DNA of 64,000 bases, taken from the NCBI RefSeq assembly GCF_902713615.1, contig NC_052147.1:232631758-232695757 (forward strand), in the 5' to 3' direction. A program made the translations under genes and the position numbers. Under the pieces are notes generated by a model. The model worked only from the letters and a program-made list of their open reading frames with translations. It was not told the origin of the DNA and did not search any database. The first letter of the stretch is position 1. Each line of letters opens with the position of its first letter. Shown here one piece after another: positions 37,980 through 52,559 of the stretch. The stretch comes from Scyliorhinus canicula (Eukaryota).

Positions 37980-39390
37980 CTGAAACAAAAGCCCTCAAAG
38001 TCCGTCCGGGGTCCAGCAAGGCTGTTTGATAGTCCCCATACTATTTACAATCTACTTGACAGTGTCTATTTACCTCATCAAAGTTCAACTGCCTTCTGGT
38101 ATCAGTATTAAATACCACCTAGATGGAAAATTCTTTGAGCTTAAGTCACTTCCGTGTCAAAACTAAGCTGGCTTCAATGGGCATACATGATCTACAATTA
38201 GCAGATGACTGCAGTGTCATTACCCACCCAGCACCAGAGGAGCAATCCATCCTCTCTTCAATTCTGCACACACAAGACACGGCCTATTCTTGAATATTGC
38301 AAAAACAAATTCATATTAACCCACACCTGGTCAGCTAAATATTCCACCTGCTATATATGTAGAAGGAGAGGCTCTGGAATATATTGTGCATTTCCCATAC
38401 CTTGGCAACCAGCTTCCTCAAAGGTCCACCATTGGTGAGGAAACCCAACACCGGATCAGCTGTGCCAGCTCAGCTTTCTACAAACTATAGCAGCGAATGT
38501 TTGAAAACAAAGACCTCCGAAAATCAACATAAGTCCTAGTGTATAGAACAGTTGTCATCACCACATTCTTGTACTGCACTGAGACTGTCATGTGAGGGTT
38601 CCTTTAAGAAAAGTGTGTTTATCAAATAGCTGCAGTGATGCCATTGTGTGGGTGGAGCTGAGCTGTGTTTCTGGCTTTTTACTTTCGGTTTGAGCTGGAA
38701 GCTGTTTTTTGACTCTGAGTTTTAGTTTCATTTTCAGTTGGGGAGCTACATTTAAATCAAGGAGGTGTTTAGGTCTCTCTTTCTCTGCCTACTAAAGAAT
38801 GTCTCCAGATTACTTGATGATTTTAAAGTAATACCTATTTCTGTAAGGAATGCAAACCTACTGTCTTTATTAAAAGGGTTTTTGACTTATGGATGTTGTT
38901 CGGTAAGTTATTAAGGGTTATCTATAAAGTATTGTATCTGTGGCGATTATCAGTGTTGGTAGTTGATAAGATGTTTACTGTGTGTTTATAAAATGTTATC
39001 TGGATTCATAGAATAAATATTGTTTTTGTTTAAACATACTTTAGATCTCTGTTGCATCACACCTGTAAAGTGGGTCCTTATGCTCTCCATAACCAAAATC
39101 TATTAAAAGTTGTGGGTCAGGTGAACTCAATGATATACTTTGGTGTTCTCTAAACCCTGACCCATAATAAGATCTAGAGTGAATATCAGTGATAGCAAAA
39201 GGAACATGCGGCAACCTGGGAACCCCATCCATCTGCTCCTTCAACCACCATCTGCCCCACCTGTGACAGAGACTGTAGGTCACCCGTTAGGACTCCCTGG
39301 TCACCTGAGACCTTATTTTTAGTAAGCATTTATTTTTCTTTATCTTTAGGAAGCAAGTCATCTTTGGTCCCAAAGGACTGTCTAAGAAGA
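37980..39390 (+). mobile_element. Old RTE-like LINE fragment split by a solo LTR
   Basis: Decayed ADD / FPYLG / RISCASSAF-type remnants; aagaaga tail near 39385. Confidence 0.55.
38586..39169 (+). mobile_element. Solo LTR
   Basis: TGTCATG...CATAATA termini; near-TSD AGAC/AGAT; AATAAA at about 39012. Confidence 0.65.
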
Positions 39391-41512
39391 TCAGCGACAC
39401 ATAATAGTGCGAGATAAATTCCATCAGCAATGCCTTCACCGCATCTTCTGGATTCAATATGAGGGCCATTGAACAAACATTAGTATCCTTCTTGAATTCA
39501 GGTTTCCAGGCTTTCAGGCAAAACTCCTACAAAATCAATTTTGATGGACTGGACATAAGTGGCTGAAAAACATCCTTCTTGCCAGGTCTTGTTTTCTCAA
39601 TTCTCAAATGAAATGAAAATCACTTATTGTCACGAGTAGGCTTCAATGAAGTTACTGTGAAAAGCCCCTAGTCGCCACATTCCGGCGCCTGTTCGGGGAG
39701 GCTGGTACGGGAATCGAACCGTGCTGCTGGCCTGCTTGGTCTGCTTTAAAAGCCAGCGATTTAGCCTTGTGAGCTAAACCAGCCCCAAATGGCCAACGTT
39801 CCAGGGTGTTGATAGGATCAATGATGGTTGGCAAAGTCAAAACTAAGTCACAAAGCCGGTCCTTGCTGAGAGAGTTTATTAACTTTTTTCAGAGTCAACA
39901 CTCCTCACATGCACCGAGGGTGGGATTTTCCCTATCTCCCACTGCTTGTTTCACATTTTCACACCGGAAAAGCTTCAGTCATTTGTTATTTGCAACCTTC
40001 CATTTGAATCAGTCATTGAAGATATTGGGCAGAACACATCCAGACTTCCAATAGGCATCCCCAGTGGAAGAGAGTCCTCAACAGGAATTCAGATTTTAAA
40101 ACATTTCCACCTCCCTGGTGAAACTTGTGTGTTTAATCCCAACAAAGCATTTTTAAAATGCAGTTTGAGCCAGAAAGATAGACCTGCACCCCTCACCAAA
40201 CTATCATTGTAATTCTGTTCTCTCTGTTCGTCACTTTTGTAAACTATATAAGAGAAGCAAAATTAGTAATTTTACATCATGACCTGCATGCCAAAGCAAG
40301 ACTAGTGAAAGGCATTATAGTTAGAATCTTCACAGGCAACAAACACAGGAAGTTTTCAATCCAATCTGGGTTGTATTCAAACAGAGGTCCCCAAGGTACT
40401 AAATGAGCCAATGAACCACCCAATCCCCGAAGGCAATTATGCATAGTTTTCAAAAATGGTTCAGAAAAATATTTTCAAAGATTTGACAGGATCTTGTAGA
40501 AGTAAAATAAAGACCAGAATTAACCATTAATCTACATCACAGATTTAAAGTTTAAAGCACAGCTTGTTCAAAATTCATGGATCAGGATGAATATTAAAAT
40601 AGTCAACTTTGGGACACAGTACGTGAAAAGAACACATTCAACAAAAATTCGGCACGACATTGAACAAGGAAGGTGGTGCTCTGTTTTTGGAAAATATTTT
40701 TAGTCAGGACATCTTCATTTTATATACGAAACACAACATTCAATCCAACATTATATAATTCTCGTTAAACGCACCTCACCTACCATACCATCCCAAATGC
40801 CCCGTTTTGCAACTGTAAAACAAAACAACCCCCCTCGTCCCGCCCTCCTGCTGAAGATTATCAACTCTGAAAGAAGGAGAGGAGTAGAACCCCTCCTCAT
40901 AAACCTAATGGCAAACTTTTTTATCTTCTCCAAATGTAAATATTTTCGCCAGGTCACTCACCCACCCTACTGCCCTTGGCGGCTCCGGAGGCTGCCACCC
41001 TAACAAAATTCTCCTCCAGGCTTTCAGAGAGGCAAAAGCCAACACGTCAGTCCATCTTCCCTCCTGCACTCCCAGATATTCTAATAACCCAAATATCGCC
41101 ACCCACGGGTTCGGGCCACCTTTACCCCTATTTTCCTGACAGTGTCCCCAAATGGACTCCCAAAATATTGCCAGTTTTTGGACAGGACCAGAACATGTGT
41201 GTGCAATTCGCTGGCCCCTTAAACACCACTCCCATCTGTCCTCCAGCTCCGTAAAGAACCCATTAACGCACGTCTTTGCCATATGTGCTCTGTGCATCAC
41301 TTTAAATTGCATTAAGCTCAATCTCGCTCTTAAGGAGGTCGAGTTTATCCTATGCAAGGCCTCACTCCAAACCCCCGCCTCAAACACCACCCAACGCCTC
41401 CTCCTCTTTATCCCCAGCGGGGCCCTCTCCCTCCAGCAGTGCCCGCTCCCTCTCCATTAACTCCCCATAAACATCGGAAATCGTGCCCTGCTCTATCGCA
41501 ACCTCAGACACT

Positions 41513-42103
41513 GGGCTGGATTCTCCAAATTGGGGCTATGTCCCCATGCCAGACATTCCTTAAAATTATTGCGATCTATTCACCTACCTGCAGGGGGCTG
41601 GCAGGGCCACGGAGTGCTTCTCGCAGCTTTCGTTGCACGAACGGGCCTTTGCACTTCCGGTTCTGTGTCTGAGCATGCACATGGCAGCGGCCTCAAGCGG
41701 CTGCGCCTAACGCGATGGCGGACACAGCCAGCAGACCTGGACAAACAAAGAAGGCCCCAAAGATCTGCCCCGCACCGCTACACCAAACCCGCCCGATCGT
41801 CGCCCCGGCCGCCCATAAGGCCCCCTCCAGTAGTTGATACCCTGCCCCCACCAGGACGGCCACGGACTGAGTCCACAGCCACCGCGCGAGTGTCCTGATG
41901 TGATTTGAATCACGGTATCGGGAATTCGGTCAGTCGGGACCAGAGCATCTCTGGGAGGGCCTCTGGCAATGGCCCCCCAGCCGCACCGTGTAAATTGCAG
42001 GCGAGCGATTCTACCGGGACTGGACCCGATTTGGTCGTAAAAGTGGATTCTCCGCCCCCGCGCCAAATGTGATTTTGTCGTGGGGCTGCGGAGAATCCAG
42101 CCC
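41513..42103. mobile_element. Harbinger-type MITE in L1 ORF2
   Basis: Perfect 14-bp TIR GGGCTGGATTCTCC / GGAGAATCCAGCCC; TSD ACT. Confidence 0.88.
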
Positions 42104-45100
42104 ACTATCTTTTCCAGCAACAAAGGGGGCGGTAACCGTGGAAACATGGCCAGCTCCTTCCTCACACAATTCCTAATCTGAAGTACCTGAACCTGTTCTC
42201 CCTCGGAGTGCGGAGAATCGGCGGACCAGCGTCGCGCGGTTCGTGCCCGTCCCTGCGATTCTCCAGCCCTGCCTGGGGTGCGAGAATCCCACCCATGATT
42301 TCCACAAATTGGGCCCACAGCGACATGCCCTCCACCTTAAAATGTTGCCAAAACTGATTCCAAACTCTTAACGCGGCAACCACCACCGGACTCGTAGAGT
42401 ATTCGGCTGGCAAGAATGGAAGCGGAGCCATAACCAGTGTCCCAGACCAAACCTTATACATGAGGTCTCCTCCAGCCAGGGGCTGGTTTAGCACACTGGG
42501 CTAAATCGCTGGCTTTGAAAGCAGACCAAGGCAGGCCAGCAGCACGGTTCAATTCCCCTACCAGCCTCCCCGGACAGGCGCCGGAATGTAGCGATAGGAG
42601 CTTTTCACAGTAACTTCATATGAAGCCTACTTGTGACAATAAGCGATTTTCATTTCATTTCATTTCATTTCATCAACACAAACCGATGCATCCTCCACGA
42701 ACCATTTCCGAAACTTCTCAACATTCGCCACCCAGTAATAGTTCAGCAAAACCACCCACAACCCCTCCGATGCCCGCCTGTCCCTCTGCAAAAAGACTCT
42801 CAATCCAAAGCACCGTACCAGTCCATACAAAGGGCAGACTTGTGCTATGTACCCTCCCAAAACAAATTTAGGCAGGAAAATAAACAAAAACTTTGGAAGG
42901 ATCATCATTTTCATGGTTTGAACGCGCCCTGCCAACGATAGCGGGAAAATATTCCACCTCTTTAAATCCTCCTTCACCCCTTCTACCAAGTTGGACTCAT
43001 TCAACTAGTGCAACAGAGACCAGCTATGCACCACCCGTATTCCCAGATACTGAAAACTCGACCTGACCACCGAAACGGCAACTTCTCAAGGCCCTTACCT
43101 TGTACCTTGGAACTCACCGGGAACACCTCACATTTCCCCACGTTTAGTTGTACCCCGAAAAAGAGCCACATTTCGTCAGCACCTCCATATTCCTACTCGC
43201 ACTCGAGATCGGGTCCGTCACATTTAACAACAAGTTGTCCGCATATAGGGAGACTCAATGTTCCATCCCTCCACTCTCTATTCCCCTCCAGCCCATCGAT
43301 GCCCTAAGCGCCATCGCCAATGGCTCAGTCGCCAGCACAAAAAAGTAACAGGGAGAGTGGACATTCCTGCCTTGTACCCTTGTGTAACCGAAAATACCCT
43401 GAACTTGTGTTATTGCAAACACTAGTCAAGTGGGCCCTGTACAACAATGTAATTCAGTTAATGAACCTCGGTCCCAACCCAAACTGCTCCAATACCTGGA
43501 TAAGATACTCCCACTCAACCCGGTCATACGCCTTCTCTGCCATGGAAATTCTTACCACCATCTCCAGACCCGTCGGGGGTATCACCAACACATTCAATAA
43601 CCTCCTTATATTTCACAAACCCCTCTGGTCCTCATCCATCACCCCAGGAACACAATCCTCCAAGCATGTTCCAACCCCTTAGCTGACAACATTGCATCCG
43701 CAATTAGCAATGATATCCATCAGTAAGAACCACACTCCTCTGGATCCTTATCCCTTTTCAAAATGAACAAAATCAAAGCTTGTGCCTATGTGGGCAGAAG
43801 CTCCCAACGGGCTAACGAGTCATTGAACACGTCCATTAGATTAGGCCCTAACTCCATCGCAAAGTTAAATTCCACTAGGAATCCATCCTGGCCCGGAGCC
43901 TTCCCAGACTGCATTGAACCAATGCATCTCATCACCTCCTCCAACCCAAGTGGGGCCTCCAGACCCCGCACTTTCCCATCCTCCAATACCGGGAAATCCA
44001 AGACATCCAAGAAATGTTTCATGTCTCAGTCCCCCCCTCCCAGGGGCTCTGACCTATACAGCCCCTGGTAAAAGGCCTCCAACACCCCATTCATCTTACC
44101 TGGGTCAGAGACCACCCTCACCCCCGGGTCCATTATTTGCCCAATCTCCCTCAAAGCTGCCTACCGCCAGCAACCCACTAGCCTTCCCCCCATGTTCATA
44201 AAATGCCTCCTGTACCCAATAACAGGCCGACAGCCTTCCCCGTCAACAACAATTCAAACTCCATCTGGAGCTTCTTCCTCCCCTTCCACAACTTCCCCGC
44301 TGGGATGGCCGAATAATGCCAACTTCCAAAACGGCCTCCAGCAACTTTTGTCTTTCCATCCTCTCCACCTCCTCCCTATGTGCCATAATCTAGATTAGTT
44401 CCCCCATAATTACTGCCTTAAACACCTCCCAAAACGTGAAGGTAGAGACCTATTTGTTCTTATTGAACTTGACTTACGTGCCTATAGCCGCCCCAATTCT
44501 CTCATATGGCACAGTGACACATCTAACCTCCATGGTGGTCACTGCGTGCCCCCTTCTCCACATACAGATCCACCAAATGCGGCGCATGATCCGATATGAC
44601 AATCGGCGAGTATGCCGATCATACCACCCCGGAAGCAGTGCCTTATCCGTAACAAAAAAGTCGATACGAGAGTACACTCGGTGTACATGCAAAAAGAAAG
44701 AAAATACCTTCACCCTCGGGTGACCAAACCTTCAGAGATCCACACCCCCTATCCACTCCATGAACCCAACCAACTAATTTACCACCCCTGACACTTCAGG
44801 AATTTAGGGCACAACTGGTCTAGCCTAGGGTCAAGCACACAGTTAAAATCCCCTCCCATAATCAATCAATTCATATCCAAATCTGGAACCCTCACCAACA
44901 CCTTCTTGATAAATTCCATATCATCCCACTGAGGAGCATACACATTCACTAACACCATAAGAACCCCCTCCAACATTCCACTCACCATCACACATCTTCC
45001 CCGGGATCCCCCACAGTGTTACTCACTGAAAAAGCCACCCTCTTATTAATAATCATCACGGCCCCCTCGTCTTCGTACCCAACCCCAAATGGAACACTTG

Positions 45101-45360
45101 TCCCCCCCCCCCAACCTTTCCTCAACCTCGGTTTGGTCTTTCACCCTCAGGTGAGTCTCCTGCAAAAACGTCTGCTGTCAAACTTTTTAAATGGACGAAC
45201 ACCAGAGACATTTTAATCGGCCCATTCAGTCCCCTCACATTCCAGGAGACCAATCTGGTCGGGGGGGCTCCAAACACCACCCCCACCCTGATTAGCCATA
45301 CCTGAATCCTAATGGACTCATACGGCCCCTACCTCGCCCTTCCATCCAATGACCCATTAA

Positions 45361-45718
45361 GGGCAGCAGGGTAGCATGGTGGTTAGCATAAATGCTTCAC
45401 AGCTCCAGGGTCCCAGGTTCAATTCCCGGCTGGGTCACTGTCTGTGTGGAGTCTGCACGTCCTCCCCCTGTGTGCGTGGGTTTCCTCCGGGTGCTCCGGT
45501 TTCCTCCCACAGTCCAAAGATGTGCGGGTTAGGTGGATTGGCCATGCTAAATTGCCCGTAGTGTCCTAATAAAAGTAGGGTTAAGGGGGGGTTGTTGGGT
45601 TATGGGTATAGGGTGGATACGTGGGTTTGAGTAGGGTGATCATGGCTCGGCACAACATTGAGGGCCGAAGGGCCTGTTCTGTGCTGTACTGTTCTATAAT
45701 TCTATTCTATAATCTATA
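45361..45718 (+). mobile_element. HE1-like tRNA SINE
   Basis: A/B boxes, conserved body, CR1-like tail with ttctat repeats. Related copies at about 46796-47017, 47785-48020 (-), 51325-51516 (-), 52220-52547, 55340-55557 (-), 63255-63480. Confidence 0.88.
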
Positions 45719-46017
45719 ATCTTCATCGTCAGCAGCCCACCCTTCCCCCCCATTCCGCCATCCCAAACAAAGAAAATCCCACCGCCCCAGGCTCGCTATC
45801 CCAACCCATATGAAAAACGCTTCACTTTGATTAACCAGAATTTCTGCTAGCAGGGTGACCAGCACTTGAGGCTAAACATAAACTTTAGTTACGAAAAGAC
45901 CCACATGCTGCCCTCCCAAAACGCTTCTTTAATCTTGTACCCCAATCTCCTACATCCCCACATCTCCTCCCCCACCTTCATACAACCCCACCCTACACTA
46001 ATGTTATAATATACCCA

Positions 46018-46579
46018 GGGCGGCATTCTCTCAGCCCGGGGCCGGAGAATTGCTGCGACCTGCGGGAATCGCGCCTCGTCGCCGGGACGCAATTCCCCGC
46101 AGTGCCAAACCGGTGCGGCCGGTGCGGCGCCGGTTGGGGGCTGTTCTACGCGCCCCCCCACCCCCGCCGATTCTTGGCCCGGGATGGGCCGAACGGCTGT
46201 AACAAAAAACCTGAGTCCCGCCGGTGCCATCCACGTGTGGTCTTACTCGGCGGGACTTTGGTGTGGATGGGTCCGGGGGCAGCCTGTGGGGGGGGATCCG
46301 ACACCTGGGGGGCCTCCACTGTGGCCTGGCCCCGATCGGGCCCATCGATCGGAGGGCCGGCCTCCCGGGATGGGGGCCCCTTTCTTCCGCACCGGCCCGG
46401 AGAAGGGAGCCACTGCGCATGCGCCCACTGGCACAGGTGTCACTGCGCATGCGCGGACCCCACAGTGCCCAGTGGGTCGCTCCAGTGCCGTGCTGGCCCC
46501 CTATGGGGGCCAGAATTGCTGATCCTGAGTCATTTACGACGGCTTCCGCACTTAGCCTCAGGGTCAGAGAATCCTGCCC
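46018..46579. mobile_element. Harbinger-type MITE
   Basis: GGGCGGCATTCTC / GAGAATCCTGCCC termini; GC-rich body. Confidence 0.7.
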
Positions 46580-48288
46580 AGAGTGTCTGTACCCCACGCA
46601 TGGGGTGGCAGATGTTACAAAACTGCAAAACTATACATTTAGAGAACAAAGTAAACAGAAAACAGCAGTGAACATAAACAAGCAAGGCCTCGTAGCCCTG
46701 AGTGCAATGCTATAGATTAAACATGCAAGTGAGTCCACGCAGAATTCTCAAATGTCCCTCAGTCCATAATCCTCTATAAAGTTACTCGCCTCCAGGGCAG
46801 TATGGCGACGCAGTGGTTAGCACTGCTGCCTCGCGGCGTCAAGGTCCTAGGTTCGATCCCAGCTCTGGGCCACTGTGGAGTTTGCTCATTCTCCCTGTGT
46901 TTATGTGGGTTTCTCCCCCACAACCTAAAGATGTGCAGGGTAGGTGGATTGGCCATGCTAAATTGCTTCATAATTGAAAAAAAATGAATTGGGTAATCTA
47001 AATTTATTTTTTTTAAAGTTACTCGCTTCCTCTGGTGTATCAAAATAGTGTTCTCTTCCCCCATGTGTGACGCACAAGCGAGCCAGGTACATCATGCCAA
47101 ATCGCTCCTTGCTCCTTAAAAGAGCAGCTTTGGCATTGTTGAATCCAGCCGTTCCCTTTGCCAGCTCCGCTCCCAAGTCCTGGTAGATTGTGACAGTATG
47201 GTGGCCTTCCCAACTACATTCACGGGTCTTCCTTACCCATTTCAGGATTTTTTTCCTTGCTGATGTATTGATGGAGCCATACTATAATCGCCCGTAGTGA
47301 TTACCCAGCTCTCAACTTCTTCCTCAACGACCGACGGACTCGGTCCACTTCAGGAGGGCAGTCAAAGAGCCTTCTCCCCCACCAACTGCTCGAACATCTT
47401 GGCCACATAATCTGTAGTTCTCGTCCCTTCAATGCCTTTGGGCAGCCCGATGATCCTTAAGTTCTGCCTCCTTGAGCAGTTCGCCAGATCACCGAACTTG
47501 GCTGTCAGCTTATTTTTCCCCTCCGACATCATCAGCATCCCTGCCTCCAATGAGGCAATCTGATCTTTGTAGTCAGCAACCGTCTCCTCCACCTTCTGGA
47601 TCGACACATTCTGCGCCACCAGTCGCTGTTCTACCCTCTCCAGGGCTGCCCAAATTGGCACTGCCACTCCTGCCAAGTCCTCCGTGACCAAGTCTTTGCT
47701 TTTTGAATATGGCTGAAAGGAACTTAACCAATATATTTATCAACCACTGTGCGGGCAATGACGCAATAGGGCCCTAGACTTCTTAGACTTTACAGTGCAG
47801 AAGGAGGCCATTCGGCCCATCAGGCCTGCACCAGCCCTTGGAAAGAGCACCCCACTTAAGCCCACACCTCCACCCGAACCCCGTAATCCAGTAACCCCAC
47901 CTAACTTTTTTTTTGGACACTAAGGGTAATTTAGCATGGCCAATCCACCCAACCTGCACATCTTTGGACTGTGGGAGGAAACCAGAGCACCTGGAAGAAA
48001 CCCACGCAGACACAGGGAGAACGGGTAAGAAGGACCAAAAAACCAGGCCTCAGGCAGGAGATACCATATGTGCGATCTCTCACTCCATGGCCACCACTGG
48101 AAGTCCCAAGGTAGTTCTCTTAAGACATGCTCTACATGTTCTTAAGATTTTGATGGGTCATAAATGCATTTATTATGAACAACTAAATGTGCCTTCCATA
48201 AAAGTGAAGCTTTTGTGTAAACCGTTCCAAAAGTATGACATAAAGGCTGCTGTTTTGTACCATAGAATAATTTCTATCAAATACTTAC

Positions 48289-48386
48289 ACCAATGAATGA
48301 CAGCCAGCGATTGCAGAGATTGGAATAAAATGATCTTGGCATCTTGTAAATCTCTGCTTCATGAGACTTTTGCCTTACAATGGAAC
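48289..48386 (-). CDS. SLC12A8: SLC12A8 coding exon (98 bp)
   Basis: ctgcAG|...|GTaagt; encodes GSIVRQKSHEAEIYKMPRSFYSNLCNRWLSFIG (cf. mammalian SFYTHMCNPWVSLLG); phase 1 to phase 0. Confidence 0.92.
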
Positions 48387-50759
48387 CTGCAGTTGGAGTG
48401 TAACAATATAAAGGTCATAACCACTGTTACATAACATCTCTCGTTGGTCTCTATCATGAATTCTACCGCATCTATAATCTTCAGTATTATAAAGCATAAT
48501 ATCTTTATTACTGAAATGTAAAATAATTTTATCTTTCACTTGCAAGAATAGACATAGGACATTCTTTTTCGATGTGAAACTGGTTTCAGGATTTTCAGTT
48601 AGTAAAAATTTGTAAACTGCATATTATTGTCAGATGAACATCATTTCTTAAATATAACAGATTTGATCATAAAACCGTACGACAGAGGGGCAGAAGGAGG
48701 CCATTCGGCCCATCGAGTCTGAGATCTTGACCGACCTGATATGATAATCCTCATCTCCACTTTCCCGCCTTATCCCCATAACCCTTGATTCACTCTCTTA
48801 AAAACCTGTCTATGGTTGGAATTAGAAAACAATAGTTTCCGCCTTGCAGCATGGCCCTTCATCACAGTCTTTGTCAGATCATTTTCCACAGATTCCCTAC
48901 ATCCAATCAGTGTCAGGCTGGAAAATAGTCAACAAGCAAAGCAGCGTGTCTTAGACCTTCAGTAACGGAGGGTAGATGATTGATTGATTGATTTGATTTA
49001 TTGTCACATGTACCGAAGTACAGTGAAAAGTATTTTTCTGCAGCCAAGGGAACGTACACAGTATGTACATAGTAGACCAAAGAATAATCGACAGATTACG
49101 TTGACAGTGGTGCATCAACAAAATGGCAAAACGCATTTTGGTTGCCATGTTGTTAATGTTGCAAATGCTGTGACAATCCAATGTATTCTCTAGCTGTGAA
49201 TAAGAGCAGCTGATACTAATTGGGGAAAGGTCAGGTAGGGCACATGCAAAAGAACCAGTTTAACCTGTGTGGGGAATCTATATGGAAATGAGGTAGCCTG
49301 CACTTATGTTATGCTGAGTTTTGTGAATAAACCCATGTTGAAGAAAGACTAGCTCCAGCTTCCTCCTTTACCTCTTGATGTAATGCTGCCAATATCACTT
49401 CTGTAGTTCAATGCCCAAATCACAAATGGTCTCAGCACCTAGGCTGATGCTAAGTGACAATGGCACATTATGGGAACAGATTCAACTAGTTCAAAACTGC
49501 TTGCAATTTCTGATACTTTCCAAATGGAGTAAATTTGGTAAAGGGTACACCCTGAAATTAAACATGAACCCTGATGCAAGACTAGCCCTTCTGAAGGGCA
49601 ACTAGGGATGGGCAATAAATCCTGGCCGATCCAGTGAGGCCCACATCCCGTAACTGAATTTTTAAAAATAACTTTGCTCTACTAATCATCATGAACCACA
49701 ACATGTATTTATTACTGTGCTTTCAATACATAAATCATTGGAACAGAGCTGAGCAGAGAGATCCGGTGGGGTGATTGAAGACTTGGGGAAAAAAATAAGA
49801 CCATCTATAAAAATACAGAGGGTAAGGTGTTTCAGACAGGAGATCCAGAACTAAGGTGGAAGAGAGAGAGGGTGGGATGCTAATCCAGATCGACAGATAT
49901 GACAAGGAAAGTAAGTATGAGGGAGGTTGTAGAGGCAGAGGAAGATGAAGACAGGGTGGAGCAGGGATCAAATATAGTCCACAAAGATTGAAATAACAGA
50001 CAGATGGGCCTTAGTAGCTGAGTGGGCAAGGACAGCTCCATTTTACACATTTTGGAGTTAATGAATTGAAGCATTGGAATAACAGATTTGAAGTAGTGAG
50101 ACATGGATAAGGGTGTCACAGCAGAGCATCTAAATTGGTGGGAAAATGAAGAGAATGGCACAGTTTCAGGGACTAGAGGTCAGTTGGGATACTGTTAATC
50201 GCTTGGACTGGATTGCATTGGATTCCAATATTGACAACTAAATATTGAAATAAAACTACAGAAAATAGTCATCCGATACACCAATGCACAGTTACTCAAT
50301 TTAATCAATCAGTCACCAACTGCATAATCAATGCAGTCAGTTTCTTAGTATAGGAATGGGAAGATGAAGGGCAGCTCTTGCTAAAGTGATTATGTATTGT
50401 ATTTATTAGTAACCAGTAGGTGTCTATAAGAAAATTTAGTATGGTATGCTAGATGGAAAGGTTTCCCTTAGCACTGGTATTAACTGAACCAATATGAAAA
50501 TCATTCACTCCAAACCTAATTACATAATTTCAAAACCAAACCAAAAAAATAACAGTTGGTGTCTGGGTTGCTTATTTTCATTTACTTCATGCGTGAATGC
50601 ATCTCAAGTAGCCTGCTGAGAGCTTAACTGCAATGTTCATAAAACATTATGATTGACAGGTGCTGACCACATCAAAAACAGTTAAGTGCTTTCTGCTGAG
50701 AAAAGAGGAAGTGAAAGCACTTTCCTCCTTGATGTTTATAAACATGCTGATTATGAGTT

Positions 50760-51065
50760 ATGGGGATCAGTTATGAGGGGCTCAATTATTGGGGTCTCAG
50801 TTAAGGGGAATTTCAGTTAAGGGGCAGGGTTTCTGACATGGGAGAGTCTGGTGGGGATCTCCGATTGGGGGGTCTCTGATTGAGGGGGGTCGAGGGGGTC
50901 TCTGATTTGCGGGGTCTCTGATTGGGGAAGGTCTCTGATTGGGGGAGGGTATCTGATTGGGGGGGTGTCGTTGATTGGGGAAGGGTCTCTGATGGGGGGG
51001 TCTCTGATCGGGGGGGTCTCTGATCGGGGGGTCTCTGATCAGGGGGGGTCTCTGATCAAGGGGGT
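50760..51065. repeat. Degenerate ~15-17 bp G-rich minisatellite (GGGGGGTCTCTGATC)
   Basis: More than a dozen visible units; runs into a Harbinger-type TIR ending near 51317; related inverted units at about 59260-59400. Confidence 0.75.
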
Positions 51066-52559
51066 CATGTTGGTGAATACTTGCACCAATCCACATCCAC
51101 ATGAATCCCGGCCCAGGGAGCCGGAGCATCACAGAAGCATGGAAAATTCCATTTCCAGCCCGTTATTAGGATGCAAATGGGAGCAAAACCCGATGCTGCC
51201 ATCAGTGAGGGATGGGTGCATGACAAACAGCACTGATCCCTTTTTTCCCCCTAACACGGGATTCTCCGCCGCATCGGGAACTCGGCTACCGGTGCTGGGC
51301 ACCGGAGAATCCAGCCCCAGCTTTTAAAAAACAATTTAGAGCACCCAATTAATTTTTTCCAATTAAGGGGCAATTTAGCGTGTTCAATCCACCTACCTTG
51401 CACATCTTTGGGTTGTGGGGGTGAAAAAACTTCACACAGTGACTCAGAGCCGGGATTGAACCTGGGACCTCAGCGCTGTGAGACTGCAGTGCTACCATTG
51501 CGCCACTGTGCTGCCCCAATCTGCCCCAGCTTTAACACAGTCTAGGAACAAGTCATTTGCCCTGTCACTTTTGTTCTATGAAATAGCCCATGGAGTGGGG
51601 TTAGCATTTAATAAAGTGGAGCAAAATGTGAATTTAAAATAGAATTTCTCATCATCCTCCAATTTTCTCTCCTGAGAGCAGAGTTCCTAATGGATAAACT
51701 TCAGAGATTGCAAGTTACCGTTTGTCATTTCATCAAATCTGGTTATACCTCTTGTGTCAACTAAGACAGCAGTGTGAGCTAACTATTTAAACTTGACGGC
51801 ATTACAGTTCACGATGTCCTGACCCAACATTCACACACCATTGGAGTTACTCTATAGTTCAGGAGTGGGAACCCAGGCCGACTTTCTCTTTAATCTTAGT
51901 CCCAAAGCATTGATGCCAATTGTGGAGCTCCGACAACCATACTGGCCGAAATCAGCTAACATAGAAAGAAAACATTTCCACAAACCTTGGATTTTCTAGA
52001 CTGTATGGCTCAGTTTGATACTAAGCAACTGAGGCCCCAAATAACTATTAAGGTGGAATTACACAATCCCATGACACTTTTCAAAGAAGGGCAGGGAGCT
52101 TTCCTGGGTGTTCCAGCCAATATTTTCCTGCAACCAGCACTACCAAAATGATCAATGATCTAATTTTTTGCTAATGGAATCTTGCTTTTTACACAAGCTG
52201 TGTTGTTTACCCACATAACACGGTAGCACAGTGGCCAGCACTGCTGCCTCACAGTGCCAGGGTCCCAGGTTCAATTCCGGTCTTGGGTGACTGTGTGGAG
52301 TCTGCACGTTCTCCCGTGTCTGCGTGGGTTTCCTCCAGGTGCTCCGGTTTCCTCCCACAGTCCAGGATGTGCAGGTTAGGTGGATTGGCCATACTAAATT
52401 GCCCTTAGTGTCCAGTGATGTGCAGGTTGGGTTACAGAGATAGGGCGGGGTGGAATGAGGAGTGGACATGGGTAGAGTACACTTTAGAAGGGTCGGTGAA
52501 GACTCAATGGGTCAAATGGCCTCCTTCTGCTCTGTAGGGATTCTATGAGTATATGACAA

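Larger units (their letters stand above)
40740..48105 (-). mobile_element. Near full-length decayed L1/Tx1-type LINE, heavily nested with MITEs and SINEs
   Basis: ORF1 SRRQNLRIIGLPKGIEG (47362-47691); APE HRVYSRIDFF (~44680); GKAPGQDGF (~43900); RT region; SLAGRVQ..ILPKFLF; C-terminal Cys-rich region. Confidence 0.85.

Noticed and set aside
50760-51065. CRISPR-like array
   Set aside because: Degenerate tandem units without unique spacers, in vertebrate DNA.
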